Origin: Candidatus Pelagibacter sp. HTCC7211
GTDB lineage: Bacteria > Pseudomonadota > Alphaproteobacteria > Pelagibacterales > Pelagibacteraceae
Length of the DNA stretch: 32,000 nucleotides
Direction: 5' to 3'
NCBI RefSeq assembly: GCF_000155895.1
Contig: NZ_DS995298.1
Location: 960,001 to 992,000 of the forward strand
Below the pieces are notes generated by a model. The model searched no databases. It was not told the origin of the DNA and saw only the letters and a list, made by a program, of their open reading frames with translations. The position numbers were made by a program, and so were the translations under genes. Below, piece by piece: positions 24,516 to 32,000 of the stretch (position 1 is the first letter of the stretch; each line of letters begins with the position of its first letter).

Positions 24516-25164
24516 CAAAAAAAAAATAATCTACAGTGAATTTATAGGTAGTTGCTTCCTGGTAATGATAGTTGTTGGATCTGGTATTATGGCTCAAAAT
24601 CTTACAACTGACGTAGCCATCATGCTATTAGCAAACACTATAGCTACTGGTGCAGGTCTATTTGTGCTTATTACAGTTTTTTCTGATATATCTGGAGCTC
24701 ACTTCAATCCATTTGTTACACTAAGTATGTATTTTACTGGAAGATTAAAATCAAAGTTAATTCATATTTATATTTTATCACAAATATTGGGATGTTTAGC
24801 TGGTGTAGGTTTGGCTAATTTTTTTTTTGAACTACCTATTTATGAGTTGTCATCTAAAACAAGAGATGGGGTTTATATATTTGTTGCAGAAATAGTCGCA
24901 ACTTTTGGATTAATTTTAATTATATTTGGATCAATGAAAAGTGGAAAAGTTGTAACTGCTGCATGTGTTGGTTTTTATATTACAGCTGGATATTGGTTTA
25001 CTTCATCAACTTCTTTTGCAAATCCTGCTGTTGCAATAGCTAGAACTTTTACAGATACATTCACCGGAATAAATTATTTAAATACACCTTTCTTTATAAT
25101 TGCAGAACTATTAGGAGCAATGCTAGCAATATTTGTAATAAAAAAAATGCTTTTTACGAAATAA
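24505..25164 (+). CDS. MIP-family channel (aquaglyceroporin-like, probable arsenite/metalloid channel)
   Basis: The six-TM protein has two half-helix motifs, HFNPFVT (an NPF variant) and ANPAVAIAR. It is coupled to arsC. The ORF is open from 24487; the ATG at 24505 (MKNSKKKIIY) is at least as plausible. Confidence 0.85.
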   Translation: MKNSKKKIIYSEFIGSCFLVMIVVGSGIMAQNLTTDVAIMLLANTIATGAGLFVLITVFSDISGAHFNPFVTLSMYFTGRLKSKLIHIYILSQILGCLAGVGLANFFFELPIYELSSKTRDGVYIFVAEIVATFGLILIIFGSMKSGKVVTAACVGFYITAGYWFTSSTSFANPAVAIARTFTDTFTGINYLNTPFFIIAELLGAMLAIFVIKKMLFTK

Positions 25165-25951
25165 TTTTATTTTCAATCTGTTCAATTATTTTCGGTAAAT
25201 CCTTAATTGTATCAATTACGTAATGTGCGCCTATTTTCTTAAACTTATGAGAGATTTTTTTTCTAATTTTTAATTTTTCTTTGTCGGTTAATTTATTAAA
25301 TTCATATTCATTTTTGCCAAATTCATTTCCAGAAAATATTACTCCTATTACCCACATTCCAGCATTTAATCCTTCTTGTAAACCAGGAATAGTATCATCT
25401 ACTTTAATACAATTTGATCCCCTGGTTATATTTAAATTAGAAAAGATCCTATAAATTATTTCTGCAGAGGGTCTTCCAATTTTTGTGTAAGAAGAACTAT
25501 ATGATACATCGGGTATAAATCTTTGTTTTTTTAATTCCGGCAATATAACTTTTAGAATTTCTTCTGAATATCCAGTATTGACTCCTATTTTTATTTTTTT
25601 TTTTTTTATAAAATCTATAGTATTTTTACTTCCTGATATAAATTTTGAATGTTTCTTAATTATTTTTTTTAATTCTGGATTAAAAAGTTTAAACAATTTA
25701 TCAATATCTTTATCTGTTGGTTTTGATTTAAATTTTTTTTTCCACTGTAAATTAATTATTCTTGTTGTTAGTAATGCTTTTATATGAGCTCGTTTTTCGA
25801 TACCCATTGGTCCTATGGCTTGTTTTCGTGTAATTTTAATTCCAAACCTGTCAAATATTTCAATAAGAACTTGAGAAGGTGCGAGGCTTCCAAAATCTAT
25901 TAATGTACCTGCTAAATCAAATACTATTGCTTCTACTTTGGAATTTTTCAT
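25154..25951 (-). CDS. phnX: phosphonoacetaldehyde hydrolase (phosphonatase), HAD superfamily
   Basis: The 265-aa N-terminus is AIVFDLAGTLIDFGSLAPSQVLIEIFDRFGIKITRKQAIGPMGIEKRAHIKAL. It shows the PhnX-specific DxAGT nucleophile motif (Ala in place of the second Asp) and the PMGxxK Schiff-base lysine block. Confidence 0.85.
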   Translation of the reverse strand: MKNSKVEAIVFDLAGTLIDFGSLAPSQVLIEIFDRFGIKITRKQAIGPMGIEKRAHIKALLTTRIINLQWKKKFKSKPTDKDIDKLFKLFNPELKKIIKKHSKFISGSKNTIDFIKKKKIKIGVNTGYSEEILKVILPELKKQRFIPDVSYSSSYTKIGRPSAEIIYRIFSNLNITRGSNCIKVDDTIPGLQEGLNAGMWVIGVIFSGNEFGKNEYEFNKLTDKEKLKIRKKISHKFKKIGAHYVIDTIKDLPKIIEQIENKIIS

Positions 25952-26061
25952 ATTTTTCGAATCTTTGATTTGAATTTAATAATTAAACTTAATTATAACT
26001 TTAATTGAGTAAAAACACTGATTTTATTGCAATTTATTTAGATTTTATCTTTTTTTATTAA

Positions 26062-26091
26062 TGTTACAAAAATATTACAAATTTATTACAG
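26062..26091 (-). promoter_or_regulatory. three direct heptamer repeats with exact 11-bp phasing (Pho-box-like) between phnX and the TPR gene
   Basis: Plus-strand TGTTACA (26062), TATTACA (26073) and TATTACA (26084) are each 11 bp apart. The minus strand reads CTGTAAT-AAAT-TTGTAAT-ATTT-TTGTAAC, against the Pho box consensus CTGTCAT-N4-CTGTCAT. Confidence 0.45.
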
Positions 26092-26643
26092 ATGAAAAAA
26101 ATACTAAATTTCTTATTGATAATTGCAACGGTATGTTTAACCTCAACAGCAAAAACAGATGAGTTAAATTTAAACAAACTTTTAAATAAGTTAAAAGATT
26201 GTAATTCACAAAGTGAAGCAAAAATTTTAGAAAAAATCATATGGAAATTTTGGGAAACACATTCGTCTAATTTTCAATTAACTATTGATTTAAAAGAAGG
26301 CTCAAGACTAGTTCAAAATGGAAATTATATAAAAGCATATGGAATTTTTAGTAAAATTATAGAAAAAGATCCTAATTGGGCTGAAGCTTGGAATAGACGT
26401 GCAACATCTTTATATTTTATGGGTAAGTATAAAAAATCACTTAACGATATTGATATGGTCTTAAAACTTGAAAGCAGACATTTTGGAGCTCTAATTGGAA
26501 AAGGACAAGTATACATGGAAATGAAAGAGTACGAAAAAGCCTATAATAGTTATTTAGAATCTTCATATATAAACCCAATGAATACGGACACAATATATCA
26601 AATAAACAAAGTCTCTAAATTAATTAAAGAAAAAACAATATAA
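26092..26643 (+). CDS. secreted TPR-repeat protein
   Basis: The 183-aa product has a signal peptide (MKKILNFLLIIATVCLTSTA). TPR-like repeats are present (AEAWNRRATSLYFMGKYKKSLNDIDMVLKLESRHFGALIGKGQVYMEMKEYEKAYNSY). Confidence 0.75.
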   Translation: MKKILNFLLIIATVCLTSTAKTDELNLNKLLNKLKDCNSQSEAKILEKIIWKFWETHSSNFQLTIDLKEGSRLVQNGNYIKAYGIFSKIIEKDPNWAEAWNRRATSLYFMGKYKKSLNDIDMVLKLESRHFGALIGKGQVYMEMKEYEKAYNSYLESSYINPMNTDTIYQINKVSKLIKEKTI

Positions 26644-26691
26644 TAATTTTATCTGTAAAATATCTTTAATATTATTAAAATATAATAAGCT

Positions 26692-27192
26692 ATGGATTTT
26701 TTAAAAAATATTAAGCTTACAAATAATATAACTTTAATTAATAAGCCCTTCAAAAAAAAAGAATATTATCATTTCTTAAAAACATCTGATTTATCTTTGA
26801 TGGTTGCGGAAATTAAGAAAAATGTTTTTGTTGTAGTTAGTCAAAAAAGAATTCCAGTAAAAAAAATCACATATGAATTTCCATCTGGAATAATTGATAA
26901 AAGTGAAAAATCTATCGATGCTGCATGCAGAGAATTTTATGAAGAAACTGGTTACAAAATATTAGATAAACCAAGAAAAATATTCACTATAAACTGCGAA
27001 CCAGGAAGATTAACAACCAAAATTCACTGCTATTATACAAAAAAAATAACTAAATTAAAAAAATCAGAGAAAGGCATAAAGACTTATTTAGTTTCTAAAG
27101 ACAAAATAAATAAATTAATTTTTCAAAAAAAGTTTTGTAATGCATCTCATATCGCATCATTTTTAAAAGTTATTAAGGTGCCTACAAAGTAA
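26692..27192 (+). CDS. Nudix hydrolase
   Basis: The 166-aa product has the Nudix box GX5EX7REUXEEXGU, present as SGIIDKSEKSIDAACREFYEETGY. Confidence 0.85.
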   Translation: MDFLKNIKLTNNITLINKPFKKKEYYHFLKTSDLSLMVAEIKKNVFVVVSQKRIPVKKITYEFPSGIIDKSEKSIDAACREFYEETGYKILDKPRKIFTINCEPGRLTTKIHCYYTKKITKLKKSEKGIKTYLVSKDKINKLIFQKKFCNASHIASFLKVIKVPTK

Positions 27193-27201
27193 GCACCTTT
27201 T
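27175..27201 (+). terminator. weak candidate terminator hairpin overlapping the Nudix stop codon
   Basis: A 7-bp stem (AAGGTGC at 27175-27181, GCACCTT at 27193-27199) encloses an 11-nt loop and is followed by only a short T run. It lies in one of the few ~100-nt non-coding gaps. Confidence 0.3.
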
Positions 27202-27296
27202 AATAAGAGAGAAATAAAAAACTATAAATTAATTTAAGAGTTAAATATTGTCTTTTAGTAATGAAAATATTAAATCTAAATTAAATAAATATTAAA

Positions 27297-28805
27297 TTAA
27301 TTTGAATAAATAACTCGAGGCTCTAAAAATAATTCTCTCGCTAGTGCTTTGAATTTTTTAGTTACTTGCTTGGAGATTATTTCTTGATGTTGGGATGGAA
27401 TTTTTAAAAAAACAGAATTTCCTCTTCGGTATAGTTTAAATTCTTCAAGGAATATTGTAGAAATAGAAGTTAAAGAATGGGCAAATCTTAATGCAGAACC
27501 TACCTGTTTACTTGAGTAAATTTCGTTGTTATTTAAAAAACTTAAATATTCAATTTTAGGATTATATTTAATACTGCAATATCTCCAATAACAAGATAAT
27601 GCTATCTGTATTCTTTCTTTGTGGGACAGTCTTAATAAAGGTGTGTTTAATGTTTCTTGGAAAACTAATTCTGCTTTTTGAAAAGCACCTAAGCCCCAAT
27701 CCATATGACTTAATACGCAGGCTAGATTAAGTAATTTTTCATTGAAATGTTCATTTCCATCAAAAACTGGTTTTATAAAATCATAATACTTTTTAAAAGT
27801 TAATCCTAGATCACCTCGTTTCTTAGCAATAAACTCTAATGATTTTTCAAAAACCTGAGTATCATCAACATTTTTAAAATGATCTTTTGCTAACGATCCC
27901 TCTCTAATGCCACTGATAGAACATATTACATTTTTGGGATTTGTTACATTCATGATCTCAGCTAAAATTATTGAACTGTAAGGCAAATATGGTGTTCTTG
28001 ATTTAGATATATATTCAACTGTTTTAAGTTTTGCTTTATTAAAAGAGGATATTTTTTCTACAAATTTTGATATCGTGTCGTAATTAACAGAATACTGATG
28101 AATAATATGAACCGGATATTCATTTTGAAATAAATGTAATTTAAAAAGTGCTCTCCAAGTTCCACCAACTAAATACAAATTTTCAAATTTCTTTTTTGAT
28201 AACCATTTTTCATCTCTTAACAATTTTTTAATATACTTAGAAAGATTTCTTTTCTTTACAATAGGGTTATTAAGCAATCTTAAAACACCTAGAGGTAAAG
28301 AGGTTTTATTTGTAATATCTCCATTTTCTACTCTAGCTAATTCTAAACTACCACCACCTAAATCTGCTACTAATCCATCTACATTGTCAAATCCAATTTT
28401 AACTCCTTCAGCTGAACATAAGGCTTCTTCTTCACCACTTAATATTTCAATTTTTTTTTTAAATAATGTTTCTATATTTTCAACAAAGGGTTGAGCATCA
28501 GTAGCTTCCCTTAATACAGCTGTAGCAATAATTTTTACATTGGAAATCTTTGAAACATTTAATATTTCAGAAAATCTTTTTAAAACACGATAAGCATATT
28601 CGACACCAGATTTGTGGAGCTTACGTGATTTATCTAAATTTTTTCCTAATTCACAGACCGCTTTTTCATTAAAAAAAGGCACTCTTGATGAACTAAAATC
28701 ATCATAAATTAACATTCTTATTGAATTAGAACCAATATCAATTACAGCAAGTTTAGCTTGTTTTAATTTTAAATTCTGCTTGTTTTTAAATACTTTTATT
28801 TCCAC
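27297..28805 (-). CDS. ppx: exopolyphosphatase (Ppx/GppA family)
   Basis: The 502-aa product has an ASKHA-fold phosphate-1 motif (AVIDIGSNSIRM) and DLGGGSLEL. It lies downstream of ppk with a 20-nt overlap. Confidence 0.9.
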   Translation of the reverse strand: MEIKVFKNKQNLKLKQAKLAVIDIGSNSIRMLIYDDFSSSRVPFFNEKAVCELGKNLDKSRKLHKSGVEYAYRVLKRFSEILNVSKISNVKIIATAVLREATDAQPFVENIETLFKKKIEILSGEEEALCSAEGVKIGFDNVDGLVADLGGGSLELARVENGDITNKTSLPLGVLRLLNNPIVKKRNLSKYIKKLLRDEKWLSKKKFENLYLVGGTWRALFKLHLFQNEYPVHIIHQYSVNYDTISKFVEKISSFNKAKLKTVEYISKSRTPYLPYSSIILAEIMNVTNPKNVICSISGIREGSLAKDHFKNVDDTQVFEKSLEFIAKKRGDLGLTFKKYYDFIKPVFDGNEHFNEKLLNLACVLSHMDWGLGAFQKAELVFQETLNTPLLRLSHKERIQIALSCYWRYCSIKYNPKIEYLSFLNNNEIYSSKQVGSALRFAHSLTSISTIFLEEFKLYRRGNSVFLKIPSQHQEIISKQVTKKFKALARELFLEPRVIYSN

Positions 28806-30945
28806 TTTTAATTAATCTCAAATTTAATTTTTTTGGTTTTAAATTTAATTTAGCCTTTCCTCTTCCAGATAAACTAGGATTATTCATAAAATAATCATGA
28901 GCTGAAAAAGAATCATTTCCACTATATTTAATTTTTTTATAATTTCCATTCATATCAAGCATCCAGCTTTGACTCTGATCTAAATAATTAGCTAGCATAA
29001 TTTGATCAAGAACTTGCTCATGAACAGTTTGATTTTCAATTGGAACTAGAAGTTCAACTCTTCGGTTTAAATTTCTTGGCATTAAGTCAGCTGATGAAAT
29101 ATAAACTTTGGCATCTCTGCTTGGCATAGTATTTCCATTTGCAAAACAATAAATTCTTGAGTGCTCCAAAAATCTTCCAATAATACTTTTAACAATTATA
29201 TTTTCTGATCTGTTTTTAATTCCAGGCCTCAAACAACAAACTCCTCTAACAAATAAAAATATTTTTACACCAGCATTTGAGGCTTCATAGAATTTATCAA
29301 TTATATTTGGATCAACTAAAGAATTCATTTTGGCCCATATTGCAGCATCTTTACCTTTTTTAGCGTTAGAAATCTCCTGATCAATACAATTGTTTAAGGT
29401 ATCTCTAAGATTAACAGGAGATATAGATATCTTATTAAGATTTCGAGGTTTCGCATATCCAGTTACATAATTAAAAAATTTTTCAACATCAGAAGCTAAT
29501 TTTTTATCTGAACTAAACAATGATAAATCAGTATAAATTTTTGCATTAATAGGGTGATAATTCCCTGTACCTAAATGAATATAAGTTTGAATTTTTCCAT
29601 GTTCCCTTCTTAATATTAAAGATGATTTTGCATGTGTTTTATATTTTGCAAATCCATAGACAATTTGGACACCTGCCTTTTCTAAACTTCTTGAAAGCTG
29701 TATGTTTGCTTCCTCATCAAATCTTGCTTTAATTTCTATTAAAGCAGTTACAGTTTTTCCATTTTCAGCTGCTGATATTAAAGCTTTAACAATTGGAGAG
29801 TCTAAGGTGGTTCTATACAAAGTCTGTTTTATAGCGATTACTTTATTATCATGAGCAGCTTGATTCAAAAACTCGATTACAGCATCAAAAGTCTCAAATG
29901 GATGGTGAACAATTAAATCTTTTTTTTTAATAGTATCAAAAAAATTATTATTAAATTCTTTTAATCTTTCAACTTCTCTTGGATTAAAATGTTTAAATCT
30001 TAATTTTGGATTTTTAATTTTGCAAATTTGATCAATATCTTGAATTCCTACAAGTCCTTCTATTTCATATATGTAATCAGAATTAACAAGTAGTTTGCTT
30101 GTAATAAAATTAACTAATTCTTTATTACTGTTTCTTAAAATTTCCAACCTAACAATATCACCTGTTCTTCTTCTTTTAAGTGCTAATTCAAAAGATCTTA
30201 CCAAATCTTCAGCTTCTTCTTGAATTTCAACATCACTATCCCTGATAACTCTAAATAACATTTTCATTTCTAAGTCATGATCAGGGAATATTTCTGATGC
30301 AAAAAAATTTATGACATCATCAATAATGACAAACTTTTTAAAATTTTTACCAGTGTCAATTTCAATAAATCTAGGTAAAGCTTTAGGAATAACAATTATA
30401 GAATTTAAAACTCTTTTTTTATTCTTCTTTTTTAATTTCATGACGAGGGCTCTACCTTGATTTACAATGAAAGGAAATGGATGAGCAGGATCTATTGCTG
30501 ATGGTGTTAGTAATGGGTATATCTCTTCATTAAAAATTTGTAACAGTTTTTTTTTATCTGCTTTTTTAAGATTTTCAGGTTTTATCAAACGTATATTTAC
30601 TTTTTGTAATTGAGATATTAGATCCTTATAAATTTTGTTTTGCTTATTAAGTAAATTTTTTGTTTCTATCACAACTTCATTCATTTGCTCATCTGGAGTT
30701 AAACCATCAGAGCTTAGAGATTCTACTTCTTGTTTTATTTGGCTATATAGTCCTGCAACACGAACCATGAAAAATTCGTCTAAATTTGAACCAGCTATTG
30801 ATAAAAATTTTACTCTTTCATAAAGAGGGTTTTCTATGTTTTGGGCCTCTAAAAGCACTCTTTCATTAAATTTAAGCCAAGATAGTTCTCTGTTAATATA
30901 TTTAGATTTTAACTCCTCTTTATCTTGTTTTTTTAATGCAGTCAT
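28786..30945 (-). CDS. ppk: polyphosphate kinase 1
   Basis: The product is ~719-730 aa. The N-terminal INRELSWLKFNERVLLEA block matches the PPK1 start region, and HxK-type PLD-like C-terminal domains are present. The ORF is open to 30978, but the ATG at 30945 (MTALKKQDKEEL) gives an N-terminus closer to E. coli PPK and avoids overlap with sixA. Confidence 0.92.
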   Translation of the reverse strand: MTALKKQDKEELKSKYINRELSWLKFNERVLLEAQNIENPLYERVKFLSIAGSNLDEFFMVRVAGLYSQIKQEVESLSSDGLTPDEQMNEVVIETKNLLNKQNKIYKDLISQLQKVNIRLIKPENLKKADKKKLLQIFNEEIYPLLTPSAIDPAHPFPFIVNQGRALVMKLKKKNKKRVLNSIIVIPKALPRFIEIDTGKNFKKFVIIDDVINFFASEIFPDHDLEMKMLFRVIRDSDVEIQEEAEDLVRSFELALKRRRTGDIVRLEILRNSNKELVNFITSKLLVNSDYIYEIEGLVGIQDIDQICKIKNPKLRFKHFNPREVERLKEFNNNFFDTIKKKDLIVHHPFETFDAVIEFLNQAAHDNKVIAIKQTLYRTTLDSPIVKALISAAENGKTVTALIEIKARFDEEANIQLSRSLEKAGVQIVYGFAKYKTHAKSSLILRREHGKIQTYIHLGTGNYHPINAKIYTDLSLFSSDKKLASDVEKFFNYVTGYAKPRNLNKISISPVNLRDTLNNCIDQEISNAKKGKDAAIWAKMNSLVDPNIIDKFYEASNAGVKIFLFVRGVCCLRPGIKNRSENIIVKSIIGRFLEHSRIYCFANGNTMPSRDAKVYISSADLMPRNLNRRVELLVPIENQTVHEQVLDQIMLANYLDQSQSWMLDMNGNYKKIKYSGNDSFSAHDYFMNNPSLSGRGKAKLNLKPKKLNLRLIKSGNKSI

Positions 30946-30958
30946 ATATTTACACCTT

Positions 30959-31483
30959 ATGCTCGAATTATACGTCATGCGACATGCAAAATCTAGTTGG
31001 GAAGATATAAATTTAGAAGACTACAAGCGACCTTTAAATAAGCGTGGAAAGAAAAATGCTAAAATGATTTGTGAATTTTTTGTTAAAAAAAAATATTATT
31101 TTGACTACATACTGGTTTCATCCTCAAAAAGAACAGTGAAAACATTAAAAATCTTGTTAAAAAAAATTGATAAACCTAAAAAAATTATTTCAACAAAAAA
31201 ACTATATCTAACAAGTGAAGATAAAATTATCAATATTATAAAAAAAATACCTAAAAAATTTAAATCAGTTCTGCTAATAAACCACGAGCCTACTGTAAGA
31301 AATCTTGTCAGGCTTGTAAGTAAAAATCAAAACAGTAATCATTTTAAATTATTGAATAATAAATTTCCTACTGCTGCATTTGCAAAAATTAATTTTAATT
31401 TTAATAGTTGGAATCACATAGATAAAAAAGGATTGATTAAAGAGTTTATCAGACCCAAAGACCTTCAAGATTCTAAAGAATAA
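30959..31483 (+). CDS. sixA: SixA-like histidine phosphatase (phosphohistidine phosphatase family)
   Basis: The ORF is open from 30836, but the RHA catalytic motif must be near the N-terminus. The ATG at 30959 gives MLELYVMRHAKSSW (beta-strand plus RHAxS). The second motif, NHEP (usually GHxP), is present. Confidence 0.75.
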   Translation: MLELYVMRHAKSSWEDINLEDYKRPLNKRGKKNAKMICEFFVKKKYYFDYILVSSSKRTVKTLKILLKKIDKPKKIISTKKLYLTSEDKIINIIKKIPKKFKSVLLINHEPTVRNLVRLVSKNQNSNHFKLLNNKFPTAAFAKINFNFNSWNHIDKKGLIKEFIRPKDLQDSKE

Positions 31484-32000
31484 CCAGCTGATCTAACTGT
31501 TCTAATTAATGGCTTAGTATTTTCAATATTTATTGCTTGTCTAAGTCTTCTTATATGAACATCAACAGTTCTTGACTCTACATAAATATTTTCTCCCCAA
31601 ACATTATTCAGGAGCTGCTCACGCGAATAAACTCTTTTTGGATTTTTAATAAAAAAATCAAGTAGTTTAAATTCTGTAGGTCCTAATGAAATTTCAGTAT
31701 TATTTCTGTATACACGTTTAGTAATTCTATCTATTTTTAAATCTGTAAACTCTACAACATCAACTGAGGACTGTGGTTTTGATCTTCTAAGAAGTGATTT
31801 TATTCTTGCATTCAATTCTTTTTGACTAAATGGTTTGGTTACATAATCATCCGCACCTGTATCGAATGCTTTTAATTTATCTTCCTCTTCACCTTTTGCT
31901 GTAAGCATTATTATTGGGATGTCATTAAACTTTTTATCTTTTTTTAAATTTTTACATATATCAACACCTGATAAGTCTGGAAGCATCCAGTCCATTAAAA
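31465..32000 (-). CDS. phoB: phosphate regulon response regulator PhoB, C-terminal ~178 aa; gene runs off the right edge
   Basis: LMDWMLPDLSG matches PhoB (LLDWMLPGGSG). A receiver-domain K (VTKPF) is present. The OmpR/PhoB winged-helix has VESRTVDVHIRRLR and IRTVRSAGYSL. The frame remains open upstream of the internal Met at 31995. Confidence 0.9.
   Translation of the reverse strand, partial: LMDWMLPDLSGVDICKNLKKDKKFNDIPIIMLTAKGEEEDKLKAFDTGADDYVTKPFSQKELNARIKSLLRRSKPQSSVDVVEFTDLKIDRITKRVYRNNTEISLGPTEFKLLDFFIKNPKRVYSREQLLNNVWGENIYVESRTVDVHIRRLRQAINIENTKPLIRTVRSAGYSLES

Noticed and set aside
7981-26091. Possibility that the TATTACA/TGTTACA repeats at 26062-26091 are Zur or Fur sites, because the Zur box half-sites here (TGTTATA/TATTACA) look similar
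   Set aside because: Zur boxes are inverted repeats (7-1-7 palindromes). The 26062-26091 elements are direct repeats at one-helical-turn spacing, which fits OmpR/PhoB-family binding instead. The similarity is noted as a caveat because AT-rich heptamers are easily confused.
30836-30978. Longest-ORF starts for the sixA-like gene (30836) and ppk (30978), implying a ~140-nt divergent overlap
   Set aside because: The RHA catalytic motif of histidine phosphatases sits within ~10 residues of the N-terminus, which favours 30959. The ppk ATG at 30945 gives a PPK1-like N-terminus. The long versions add non-conserved, low-complexity sequence.
1-32000. Search for tRNA/rRNA genes, CRISPR arrays, IS elements or transposases, integrases, toxin-antitoxin or defence systems
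   Set aside because: None were seen. No non-coding gap exceeds ~140 nt apart from the pseudogene region. No GC-rich structured segments typical of tRNAs in AT-rich genomes are present. No terminal inverted repeats, recombinase-like ORFs or repeat-spacer patterns were found.

Overview
This is a very AT-rich window (roughly 30% GC by eye). It is extremely gene-dense, with many 1-20 nt gene overlaps and almost no non-coding DNA. That pattern fits a streamlined marine alphaproteobacterium of the SAR11/Pelagibacter type; the taxon is inference and no search was run.

Gene content, left to right:
- 1-5005: housekeeping genes (nagZ fragment, small membrane protein, argS, dgt-like, erpA-like, xthA).
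- 4997-9078: an Ldh_2-family dehydrogenase translationally coupled to a complete zinc-uptake locus (znuC-znuB-zur on the minus strand, divergent znuA, two Zur-box palindromes between them).
- 9157-9815: a small membrane protein gene followed by two decayed gene remnants.
- 9812-21694: a complete C-P lyase phosphonate system. It comprises phnGHIJKL-N, an inverted DUF1045/2H-phosphoesterase gene, phnM, phnF and phnCDE-E2.
- 21768-23961: an uncharacterised secreted protein, an MFS transporter and a PhnZ-like HD-domain protein.
- 24060-25951: arsC, a MIP channel and phnX.
- 26092-27192: a TPR protein and a Nudix hydrolase.
- 27297-32000: ppx-ppk, a sixA-like phosphatase and the 3' part of phoB.

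From about 9.8 kb onward the window is essentially a phosphorus-stress supercluster. The C-P lyase organisation resembles, from memory only, what has been described for phosphonate-using, methane-releasing SAR11 strains.

I found no tRNA, rRNA, CRISPR array, IS element or recognisable defence system, and no wholly novel multi-gene system.

The most interesting unexplained items are:
1. A pseudogene scar (arsC-like remnant plus a disrupted paralog) at the left edge of the phn cluster, mirrored by an intact arsC at the right edge.
2. An orphan PhnZ-like HD oxygenase with no PhnY-type partner, next to an uncharacterised MFS and secreted-protein pair.
3. Perfectly 11-bp-phased TGTAAT direct repeats (Pho-box-like) upstream of phnX, with a related pair upstream of the PhnZ-like gene.
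4. A DUF1045 2H phosphoesterase in place of PhnP.
5. A PhnE paralog with a roughly 200-aa periplasmic insertion.

All homology statements come from reading the translations and from recalled family motifs, not from database searches.
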